Shown here: in pieces, positions 33,781-41,760 of the stretch | Numbering within the stretch: the stretch's first letter is position 1 | Layout: every line of letters begins with the position of its first letter | Source of the DNA: an uncultured Gemmatimonadaceae bacterium | Lineage (GTDB): Bacteria; Gemmatimonadota; Gemmatimonadetes; Gemmatimonadales; Gemmatimonadaceae | NCBI GenBank assembly: GCA_963761305.1 | Contig: CAVXGK010000002.1 | Coordinates: 2,816,001 to 2,880,000, forward strand | DNA length: 64,000 bases | Direction: 5' to 3' | Notes under the pieces: generated by a model | The model's database searches: none | What the model was told of the DNA's origin: nothing | Seen by the model: the letters and a program-made list of their open reading frames with translations, nothing else | Program-made: the position numbers and the translations under genes

Positions 33781-34611
33781 GTGGCAGTCACGATCGATCC
33801 TGGCCTGGCGCAGACGCTCAGCGACGCTCGCCTGCAGCTGCACCATGCGGCGCAGCTCGCCACGGCCACCGGCATCTCGTATCTCCCCGCGCAGCCCGAC
33901 GACAGCCATACCAACCTGGAATGGATCGAGGCCCTGCGCGCGCTCGCCGGGCACGTGATTCCCGCACCTCAGCCGTTTCGCGCCGTCGTGCAACCGGCCG
34001 ACCTCTCGCTCTCGATCGTCGGCGAGGACGGACAGATCGTCACGTCGAAGCTGCTCAACGGTCAGACGATGAACGACGCGGCCGATTGGCTTCGCGCGCG
34101 GATCGCCGAACGCGGCGCCGACGGCGATCATCTCACGCTCGAGCGCCACTACGAGATTCCCGCGCATGCCGTGGACGACGGCGCGACGTTCGAGACGAAA
34201 AATGCCGCCGCGTTCGCGCAACTCGATGCGTGGTACTTCGCCGCGAACCGCGCGCTGGAGTACGTCCGCGGGTCCACGCCTGGCGCAAGCGAGATTCGCT
34301 GCTGGCCGCACCACTTCGACATCGCCACGCTGATCGACGTCGGTAAGGGTCGGAGCATCGGCGTCGGCATGGAGCCGGGCGATCAGTACTACGACGAACC
34401 GTATTTCTACGTGAACATGTCTCCGTCGCCGAAACCGGCGGCCGCCACGGCGTCGCTCTCCGGCGGCGGCACCTGGCACACCAAGGAGTGGGTCGGCGCG
34501 GTACTGCCCGGTTCACGAATCGCGGATGCCGATTCGGCGAAAGACCAGGTTCATGCGTTTCTCGATTCGGCAATCGTGGCGTGTCGGGAACTGCAAGACG
34601 CTGTGGCCTGA
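33781..34611 (+). CDS. Hypothetical protein (DUF5996-like)
   Basis: [42 protein letters not shown] before GTG. Confidence 0.75.
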   Translation: MAVTIDPGLAQTLSDARLQLHHAAQLATATGISYLPAQPDDSHTNLEWIEALRALAGHVIPAPQPFRAVVQPADLSLSIVGEDGQIVTSKLLNGQTMNDAADWLRARIAERGADGDHLTLERHYEIPAHAVDDGATFETKNAAAFAQLDAWYFAANRALEYVRGSTPGASEIRCWPHHFDIATLIDVGKGRSIGVGMEPGDQYYDEPYFYVNMSPSPKPAAATASLSGGGTWHTKEWVGAVLPGSRIADADSAKDQVHAFLDSAIVACRELQDAVA

Positions 34612-34660
34612 CGCCGTCCGGCGTGCGCGACTCGCACCTACGACGGACGAGCAAATGTTG

Positions 34661-34753
34661 ACACAGATGCCGCAGACAAAAACAACAATTCCGCAGATAA
34701 ACCCGTTGGGATGTCATCTGCGGAATTGCCGTCCAAATCTGCGGCATCTGTGT
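34661..34753. repeat. Nested inverted repeat between convergent genes
   Basis: Perfect 16-bp outer stem ACACAGATGCCGCAGA/TCTGCGGCATCTGTGT and perfect 13-bp inner stem CAATTCCGCAGAT/ATCTGCGGAATTG. Confidence 0.88.
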
Positions 34754-34788
34754 TGAATTCTCTTCTACGCCACGTCGTGCCCGTGCAC

Positions 34789-35970
34789 TCAGCCGGAATG
34801 CTCGGCGATCGCGGGCGCGCCCTCGTCCACGCCCAGCTCCTCAGCCACCATCCGGTGCGCCTTGCGCCCGCCGCGCGCCGTTGTGTGGGGCGCTTCCTCG
34901 TGATCGAGTAGCAGCTGCGCCGTGTCCACCGCGCGCGCCACGAGACTGCGCGCGCCTTCGCGCAATTCCGGACTCATCTGAACCGCGCGAGTGTTGTTCT
35001 CCATGTCTTCTGCCGTCCAGCCGCGCGAGTGGGCGATGTACGGAAACTGCGGAAAGTGGCATCCGATCTCGGCGAAGAAGCCCAGCATTTGTCCCGCCAC
35101 CGCCTGCACGTTGTCCTGTCCGCCCGTGATGATGAACGACGCGACCTTGTTTCGAAGGAGGACGCGGTTCGCGATCGTCACCTGGTTCTGAACGCAGTTC
35201 ATTCGCTCGACCATGCGATAGTAGAGCGAGCTGGCGTTGCCCCAGCGGATCGGCGTGGCAACGAGCACCACGTCCGCCCAGTGAACGATCGCCTCGTACA
35301 CGACCTCCATCTGATCCTTCGGATCCATCTGCGTGATGGAGCACGGCCACGTGCAGGCGTGCGCGCTCTTCGAGTAGTAGCCCTCGCACGGACGAAAACG
35401 CAGCCCCGCCAGATGAATCGTCTGCGTGTCGACGTCGAGCTGCGTCGCCGCGTGATGAATCGATTCGGCGAGCAGATCATCCGACGTGGAGTAGCGCGGA
35501 TTCTTCATGTCCATGTTCGTCGTCGAGATGCCGAGCACGCGCACTCGACCCGGCGAGCGCTCGATGCGGCGGGCGACGGGATGCGGCGGATGCGACCCGC
35601 GCGTCCGCTTCGTCACCGCAGACGACGACACGAACAGCCGTCCGTCGGCGACCTTCACGTTGTACGACGGAACCGCGTCGATCTCGAACCCGGGCTCGCC
35701 GAGTCCGGTCTGGAAATGGTATTTCCAATTGTGCCACGGGCAGGTGACGTACTCGCCGTCGATGCGGCCGTCGGCGAGCGGACCGCCTGCATGATTGCAC
35801 ACGCCCGACAGCGCGCCGAACGCCTCACCGACGTGCGTGACGGCGACTTTCAGATTGTTCACCGTCACCGCGGTGAGGGGACGTTTCGCGAGATCCGCCG
35901 TCGCGCCGACGTCGATCCAGTCCCGATTCGCGGGCGACGATTCTTCCCCGCCCCCCGTCGGCTCGCTCAC
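34789..35970 (-). CDS. Rieske [2Fe-2S] ferredoxin fused to a flavodoxin-fold FMN reductase/iron-sulfur flavoprotein domain
   Basis: CNHAGGPL...CPWH Rieske motif; then RPCEGYYS...CTWPC, ADVVLVATPIRWG, ERMN, NKVASFIITGGQD; GTGA overlap with egtD. Confidence 0.9.
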   Translation of the reverse strand: MSEPTGGGEESSPANRDWIDVGATADLAKRPLTAVTVNNLKVAVTHVGEAFGALSGVCNHAGGPLADGRIDGEYVTCPWHNWKYHFQTGLGEPGFEIDAVPSYNVKVADGRLFVSSSAVTKRTRGSHPPHPVARRIERSPGRVRVLGISTTNMDMKNPRYSTSDDLLAESIHHAATQLDVDTQTIHLAGLRFRPCEGYYSKSAHACTWPCSITQMDPKDQMEVVYEAIVHWADVVLVATPIRWGNASSLYYRMVERMNCVQNQVTIANRVLLRNKVASFIITGGQDNVQAVAGQMLGFFAEIGCHFPQFPYIAHSRGWTAEDMENNTRAVQMSPELREGARSLVARAVDTAQLLLDHEEAPHTTARGGRKAHRMVAEELGVDEGAPAIAEHSG

Positions 35971-36944
35971 GACGCGGCCGTCATCGCACCAACCCAGAAG
36001 AGTTCGTTCGCGTCGGTCCACAGGCGGTCGAGGCGGAAGCCGGCCGCGCTGGCCACCGTCGCGAGCTGCTCTTCGTCGTACTTGTACGACGATTCGGTCC
36101 AGATCGTCTCGCCCCGCGCGAAATCGAACGTGCTCCCCGCGACGTGCACCGACTGGTCGCGCGTGCTCTCGAGATGCATCTCGATGCGGCTCGCGTCGTC
36201 GTTGAAGAACGCGACGTGCCGGAAACTCGCCAGATCGAAGTCGGCGCCGAGCTCGCGGTTGATGCGGCGCAGTACGTTGCGGTTGAACGCGGCCGTCACG
36301 CCCTGCGGATCGTCGTACGCGGCGTGCAGCACGGCGGCATCCTTCCGGCGGTCGACACCGATCACCAACGCGCCGCCCGTTCCCACCGTGCGCCGAACGC
36401 GGGTGAGAAACGCCGCCGCCTCGGCCGGATGGAAATTGCCGATCGTCGATCCCGGGAAAAACGCCACGCGGCGCGCGTGCGGCGGGAGGCTCGGCAGCGG
36501 GAGGAGTCGCGTATAGTCGCCGCAGATCGGACGCACGGCGAGCGCCGGATAGTCCGCTTCGAGATCGGCCGCCACACGCGACAATTGCTCGCGCGAGATG
36601 TCGATCGGAACGTACGCCGCCGGATCGCGCAACGCGTCGAGCAGGAAGCGCACCTTCGTGGCCGCGCCGCTGCCGTACTCGATCAACGCGGCGCGCGGTC
36701 CGATGAAATCCGCGATCTCGCCCGCACGCGCGCGCAGAATCGAGAGCTCGCTGCGCGTGAGATAGTACTCGTCGAGCTTGCAGATGCGCTCGAAGAGCCG
36801 AGCGCCCACCTCGTCGTAGAAGAGCTTCGGCGGGAGCGTCTTTCGCGTCGCGCCCAGTCCCGCGAGCACGTCGGCGAGGATCTCGCTCGTGTCGAACTGC
36901 GGCGCGACGTGTGTCGCGCGCTGCGGATTCATCGACGCGCTCAT
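35967..36944 (-). CDS. egtD: L-histidine N-alpha-methyltransferase EgtD
   Basis: KTLPPKLFYD, EYYLTRSE, IEYGSG, PIDIS, FPGSTIGNF, AAYDDPQGVTAAFN, RIEMHL, TESSYKY. Confidence 0.97.
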   Translation of the reverse strand: MSASMNPQRATHVAPQFDTSEILADVLAGLGATRKTLPPKLFYDEVGARLFERICKLDEYYLTRSELSILRARAGEIADFIGPRAALIEYGSGAATKVRFLLDALRDPAAYVPIDISREQLSRVAADLEADYPALAVRPICGDYTRLLPLPSLPPHARRVAFFPGSTIGNFHPAEAAAFLTRVRRTVGTGGALVIGVDRRKDAAVLHAAYDDPQGVTAAFNRNVLRRINRELGADFDLASFRHVAFFNDDASRIEMHLESTRDQSVHVAGSTFDFARGETIWTESSYKYDEEQLATVASAAGFRLDRLWTDANELFWVGAMTAAS

Positions 36945-38218
36945 GTGTTCTTGGCCAGACGCACGCCCATGAACTGCCAGCGCGCGTCAGACGGGAAAAA
37001 GTTTCGATAGCTGATGCGTGCATGCGACCGTGGAGTCGCGCACGACGCGCCGCGCAACACCCACTGGTCGCACATCCATTTGCCGTTGTACTCGCCGAGT
37101 GCTCCGGCCGACGGCGCGTAGCCGGGATACGCCGTGTACGCGCTCTGCGTCCATTGCCACACGTCGCCGTACAGCTGGCGCAACGAGTCGCCCCCAGCGC
37201 GCGCCGGCCGCGCCGGCGTCGGATGAAAGTGGCGCGCGTCGACGAACTCGCCGTCCACTCTCTGACTCTTCGCCGCGATCTCCCACTCGGCTTCCGTCGG
37301 CAGGCGAGCGCCGGCCCAGCGCGCGAAGGCGTCGGCCTCGTAGTAGCTCACGTGACACACCGGCGCGCCGGGATCCACCGCGTGCGTGCCGGCCAACGTG
37401 AACTCTGTCCAGCCGTCCGGCGTACGCTCCCAGTAAAACGGCGCTTCCCAGTTCGACGTGCGCACCGTCGCCCAGCCGTTCGACAGCCACAGCTCGGGGC
37501 GATGATATCCGCGGTCGTTCATGAACTCGAGCCATTCGCCGTTCGTCACGAGTCGATCCGCGACGCTGAACGCTTCGACGTACACGCGATGCGCCGGCGA
37601 CTCGTTGTCGAACGAAAATCCGTCGATCTCGTGGCCGATGCGATGAATGCCCGCCGTCACGCCGACCCAGTTCGCGGCGTCGCTTGCGTGCGACGTGGCG
37701 CGACGCGTGATGTACGCCGGCCGCAAAGGATTCGTCCAGAACACGTGCTTGATGTCGGTGAGCATCAGCTCCTGGTGCTGCTGCTCGTGGTGCAGCCCGA
37801 GCTCGATCACTGGAACCGCCGGATGATGCGAGTCGTCGCCGATGCGCTCGACCAGCGCGCGCAACGCCGCGTCCACGTGGGCGCGATACGCGAACACCTC
37901 GGCCACTGTCGGGCGAGTGACCAGGCCACGCTGCGCACGACAGTGGCGCTCGCCGGCCTGCACGTAGTACGAGTTGAACAGGAACGCGTACTTCGGATTC
38001 GGCGTGACGTACGTCGGATCGAATTGCGCCAGCACGAACGTCTCGAAGAACCAGCTGGTGTGCGCGAGGTGCCACTTCGTAGGACTCACGTCGGCCATCG
38101 TGCTCACGACGTAGTCTTCCGTCTCGAGCGGGGCACACAGCGCTTCGGTCTGCGCGCGCACCTCGATGCAGCGATCGAGCAAAGCCGGCGTGGCGGCGCG
38201 TACGTCGAGAATGGTCAT
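36941..38218 (-). CDS. egtB: Ergothioneine sulfoxide synthase EgtB
   Basis: SPTKWHLAHTSWFFETF, FLFNSYY, HEQQHQEL, FDNE, RLPTEAEWE, EYNGKWM, SYRNFF; ATGA overlap with egtD. Confidence 0.96.
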   Translation of the reverse strand: MTILDVRAATPALLDRCIEVRAQTEALCAPLETEDYVVSTMADVSPTKWHLAHTSWFFETFVLAQFDPTYVTPNPKYAFLFNSYYVQAGERHCRAQRGLVTRPTVAEVFAYRAHVDAALRALVERIGDDSHHPAVPVIELGLHHEQQHQELMLTDIKHVFWTNPLRPAYITRRATSHASDAANWVGVTAGIHRIGHEIDGFSFDNESPAHRVYVEAFSVADRLVTNGEWLEFMNDRGYHRPELWLSNGWATVRTSNWEAPFYWERTPDGWTEFTLAGTHAVDPGAPVCHVSYYEADAFARWAGARLPTEAEWEIAAKSQRVDGEFVDARHFHPTPARPARAGGDSLRQLYGDVWQWTQSAYTAYPGYAPSAGALGEYNGKWMCDQWVLRGASCATPRSHARISYRNFFPSDARWQFMGVRLAKNT

Positions 38219-38266
38219 ACCATCCAAACCCCCAAAACCGTTCTGTGCAGCCCCCGAACCCGTCAA

Positions 38267-38292
38267 AACCGATACGGCCGCCTCAAAGTTCC
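38267..38292 (-). promoter_or_regulatory. SigR-type promoter GGAAC-N18-GTT upstream of egtB
   Basis: GGAAC TTTGAGGCGGCCGTATCG GTTTTGA, with the same extended -10 as msrB. Confidence 0.75.
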
Positions 38293-38296
38293 AGAT

Positions 38297-39541
38297 TCAT
38301 CGGCGGCGCGCTGTGATCAACGTGGCTACTTCGTCCGGTCTCGGGTTGATGAAATCGAGACGGACTCGGCCGTCGGGCAGCGTGGTCACGGTCGCGGGGA
38401 TCGCGCTGTTGGTGAGCACCCAACCGGCGGGGAGCACAACCGCATTCGACGGCCGGCCGAAACTGCGATCCCACACGAGCTCGTCGCCGACGAGCTTATA
38501 ACGCGCCGTGTCGGTGTAGGTCTCGAACATTCGGAGCCGGATCGATTCGCCAGGCTTCACCGCCGCGAAACGGAACACTACGATCTCCAATTCGGGAGTG
38601 ACGTTGCTGACGCCGAGGTTGGCGCGCGAGATGGCTTCGCCCTTGAGGATCTCGAACTTGAGCGGCTCGCCCGTGTCGAGGTTCATCGCGCGCGGGCCCG
38701 ATACCGCGCTCCCCGCGCGCACCTCGTTGATGTATGTGCCAGTTCCGGGCCGCGATTCCGTGTAATCGTGATACAAGTCGAACGCGTGGGTCTCGGGCTG
38801 CTGGAGGAAGTACACGATCTCGCGATTCTGGCGGGCGCGATCGCCGAGGCGTGACGCGACACTGGACGTCGTCGCGCCGGACACTTTCGGGCCGACGCGC
38901 ACCGCGCGCATCATCAGCGGCGCTTCAGCCGGGGTGTTGTTCCAGAACGTGATGCCGATCCGACCGTCGTTCTCCTGCAGCACCTGCGACGGGAAGTTGC
39001 ACGACACCAGCTCATATCCTTTGGGCAGCACGACGGCGTTGCGTTTGATGCCGAGCGGCCGGCTGAACACGATCGTGTCGCCGCGCAGGAGATAGCTCGA
39101 CGCGTCCTCGTACGTCTTGTCGATGAGCAGCCGCGCTTCGCCTCCATCCGCGGGCACCGGATGCGTGAGCTTGACGCGGATGTAGGTCTGCGTCGTGTCC
39201 TGGCTGCGCACGCCGCCGTCGCGCGCCGCCGCCGCGCCGACGACGTCGAACTGGAGCGGCTTGCCGGTTGCGCGATCGCTCACGCTTTCGTTGCTGGCGA
39301 CGCTTCCCTTGCGAATCGGATTGAAGAAATACGTCGCGCCCGCGGTGGTCGCGGTGACTTCGTAGATGATTCGAAACTTGGCCGAGCCGGGCTCGAGCAG
39401 TTCGTAGCGCGTGTATTCGTCGGATTCCGTTTGGCGCGCCTGCGCCTCGACCGAACGCGGGGTCGAGGCCGTCATGACGCACGCGACGATCAGCGACGCC
39501 AGCACACGGAAAAGTCCAACGGCACCACGACGACGTCTCAT
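38297..39541 (-). CDS. Exported hypothetical protein with two tandem homologous beta domains
   Basis: Signal peptide; TGKPLQFDV/TGEPLKFEI, KTYED/ETYTD, NAVVLPKGY/NAVVLPAGW, DGRIGITFWN/DGRVRLDFIN. Confidence 0.85.
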   Translation of the reverse strand: MRRRRGAVGLFRVLASLIVACVMTASTPRSVEAQARQTESDEYTRYELLEPGSAKFRIIYEVTATTAGATYFFNPIRKGSVASNESVSDRATGKPLQFDVVGAAAARDGGVRSQDTTQTYIRVKLTHPVPADGGEARLLIDKTYEDASSYLLRGDTIVFSRPLGIKRNAVVLPKGYELVSCNFPSQVLQENDGRIGITFWNNTPAEAPLMMRAVRVGPKVSGATTSSVASRLGDRARQNREIVYFLQQPETHAFDLYHDYTESRPGTGTYINEVRAGSAVSGPRAMNLDTGEPLKFEILKGEAISRANLGVSNVTPELEIVVFRFAAVKPGESIRLRMFETYTDTARYKLVGDELVWDRSFGRPSNAVVLPAGWVLTNSAIPATVTTLPDGRVRLDFINPRPDEVATLITARRR

Positions 39542-39615
39542 CGCTCCCCTCGGATGGTCCGGGGCGTTGAACCTACGGTGGCCCTGACGGGTCCGCCATC
39601 CTATCTTCGTCGCCC

Positions 39616-41247
39616 ATGACGACAGCGACGGCGGTCGACGCGCCCCGCCCGCGCTACGCGTGGGCGACGACGGGTGACATCAACGCGTTCTTCGGGCTGA
39701 TGCTCGACAACGTCGTGAATCTCGCCGTGCTCGCGGGCATTCTCGTCGCCGGCTTCGGATTTCCGGCGACGCTCGTCTACACGCGAATGTTTCCGGGCAC
39801 CGCGCTCGGCGTGTTGTTCGGCGACGTCGTGTACACGGTGATGGCCATTCGGCTCGCGCAGCGGACCGGCCGCGACGACGTGACGGCGATGCCGCTCGGT
39901 CTCGACGCGCCGTCCACGATCGGCATGGCGCTCACCGTACTTGGTCCGGCGTTTCTCGTCGCGAAGACGAAGATGCCGGCGGCCGACGCGGCCATCGCCG
40001 CGTGGCAGGTCGGCATGGCGACGATGGTGCTGATGGGTGTGTTCAAGCTCGTCATGTCGTTCATCGGCGACCGCGTGCGGCGCGCGATTCCCGAAGCCGG
40101 ATTGCTCGGCTCCATCGGCGGCGTGGGGATCGCACTCCTCGGCACGTTGCAGCTGGGCGAGATCTACGGCGAGCCGATCGTCGGCATGATGGCGCTCGGG
40201 ATCATTCTCTACGCGCTGGTCGCGAAGCTGCGCCTTCCGATGCGCGCGCCGCAGGTGCTGGCGAGCGTCGTCGTCGGGGCCGCGCTCTACTACGGACTCG
40301 GTGCCGCCGGATTGCTGGTGCACCCGGTCGCGGTGCCGGCGGCGAACTTTCCGATGGGCGCGCCGCTGCCGTCGTTAGGGTTCTTGAAAGGCATGCCGGT
40401 CGCGGTGCACGACTACCTGCCGCTCGCGCTTCCCTTCGCGATCCTCACCGTGATCGGCGGCATCAACGTCACCGAGAGCGCGCGCATCGCGGGCGACGAC
40501 TACAACACGCGCGACATCCTGCTCACCGAAGCGATCGCGACGCTGATCGCCGGCGTGTGCGGCGGCGTGAGCCAGTCGACGCCGTACATCGGGCATCCGG
40601 CGTACAAGGCGATGGGCGGACGGGCCGGATACACGTTGGCCACCGGACTGTTCATCGGACTGGGCGGCATCTTCGGCTACATCGCGTTCATGGCCGACGC
40701 GTTGCCCAAACCCGCGCTGGCGCCGATTCTCGTATTCGTCGCGCTCGACATCACGGAGCAGAGCTACATCGCGACGCCCAGGCGCCACGCCGCGGCGGTC
40801 ACGCTCGCCGTATTTCCGAGCGTCGCGCAGCTGGTACAGATCTTCTTGTCGCAGACGTATAACGGCGCGCTGATGTCGGCCGCGATCGATCCCGTCGGTA
40901 CGATGAAGGCGACCGGCCTCACCAACCCGGACTTCATTTCAACCGTCGCCGTGATGGTGATGCTCGCGCACGGGTTCATTCTCACGGCCATGCTCTGGGG
41001 CGGCGGGCTGGCGTTCTTGATAGACCGGCGCATCACCGCCGCCGCGACGACCTTCGCGGCGTGCGCCGTGCTCGCGTTTTTCGGATTCATTCATTCCGTT
41101 ACGCCGGCCGGCGGCATCTATCTGCCGTGGCGCGCGGGATCGGCATTGCCGTATCACTGGGCCGCGGCGTATCTCGGGTTCGCGATCCTCATCATGATCC
41201 TCGGGAACACGCGAGCCGCGCGCGAGCAACCCGTTCTCGTGCATTGA
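39616..41247 (+). CDS. Multi-pass permease (xanthine/uracil, AzgA-related family)
   Basis: GDINAFFGL, DVTAMPLGLDAPS, TESARIAGDDY, TPYIGHPAYKAMG; more than 12 TM helices. Confidence 0.85.
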   Translation: MTTATAVDAPRPRYAWATTGDINAFFGLMLDNVVNLAVLAGILVAGFGFPATLVYTRMFPGTALGVLFGDVVYTVMAIRLAQRTGRDDVTAMPLGLDAPSTIGMALTVLGPAFLVAKTKMPAADAAIAAWQVGMATMVLMGVFKLVMSFIGDRVRRAIPEAGLLGSIGGVGIALLGTLQLGEIYGEPIVGMMALGIILYALVAKLRLPMRAPQVLASVVVGAALYYGLGAAGLLVHPVAVPAANFPMGAPLPSLGFLKGMPVAVHDYLPLALPFAILTVIGGINVTESARIAGDDYNTRDILLTEAIATLIAGVCGGVSQSTPYIGHPAYKAMGGRAGYTLATGLFIGLGGIFGYIAFMADALPKPALAPILVFVALDITEQSYIATPRRHAAAVTLAVFPSVAQLVQIFLSQTYNGALMSAAIDPVGTMKATGLTNPDFISTVAVMVMLAHGFILTAMLWGGGLAFLIDRRITAAATTFAACAVLAFFGFIHSVTPAGGIYLPWRAGSALPYHWAAAYLGFAILIMILGNTRAAREQPVLVH

Positions 41248-41276
41248 GCAGGTGACGGTCGCGCCGCAGGCAACAG

Positions 41277-41523
41277 AACTGCTTTACCGCAGAGACGCGG
41301 AGACGCAGAGAACGGCCGCCGAGGACCGCCAAGCATTTTCGCGCCACGAGCCGTGATTTTTTTGGGAACTGCCGCTCGGGATGCGGCGATGCAGCACGAG
41401 GATTTCCACCCGATGGAAGCGTCCCGGAGCGGCGGTTCCCCAAAGATCCCGGCTCGTTGCGGGACGACGCTTGGCCTGTGCGGCCGTTTCTCTGCGTCCT
41501 CTGCGTCTCGGCGGTGAGCAGTT
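41277..41523. repeat. Long palindromic intergenic element, copy 2 of 3
   Basis: ACCGCAGAGACGCGGAGACGCAGAGAACGGCCGC ... GCCGCTCGGGATGC ... GCGTCCCGGAGCGGC ... GCGGCCGTTTCTCTGCGTCCTCTGCGTCTCGGCGGTGAG. Confidence 0.92.
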
Positions 41524-41760
41524 TGAATGCTCGGTGGCAGAAATGACGAACAGGAGTCTGGCGCCGCGCGTGAATTTCCCACCCACCCGTTCAGCGCGCG
41601 AACGCCAGAGCTCCTGTCGCCTTCTACACACGCCGCCGAATGACGTTTGGGGGGCAATCTGCGGCGCGCAATGAAATTACGAATTGCGCTGCGCGGCTGT
41701 TGGTAAAGATTCCACAAAGACGCCCCCCGATCGCCGTAACGCGCTGTGTATCAACGTTTT

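Noticed and set aside
34789..37023. 744-aa ORF as a single protein
   Set aside because: The first 351 aa are an alternate frame over egtD; the real start is GTG at 35970.
36941..38218. SenA (selenoneine) or OvoA instead of EgtB
   Set aside because: No senB or selD nearby and no C-terminal methyltransferase domain; it is coupled directly to egtD.
41530..41760. Possible sRNA in the AT-richer gap after element copy 2
   Set aside because: Only one small hairpin (GCGCAAT...ATTGCGC), with no recognisable promoter, terminator or family.
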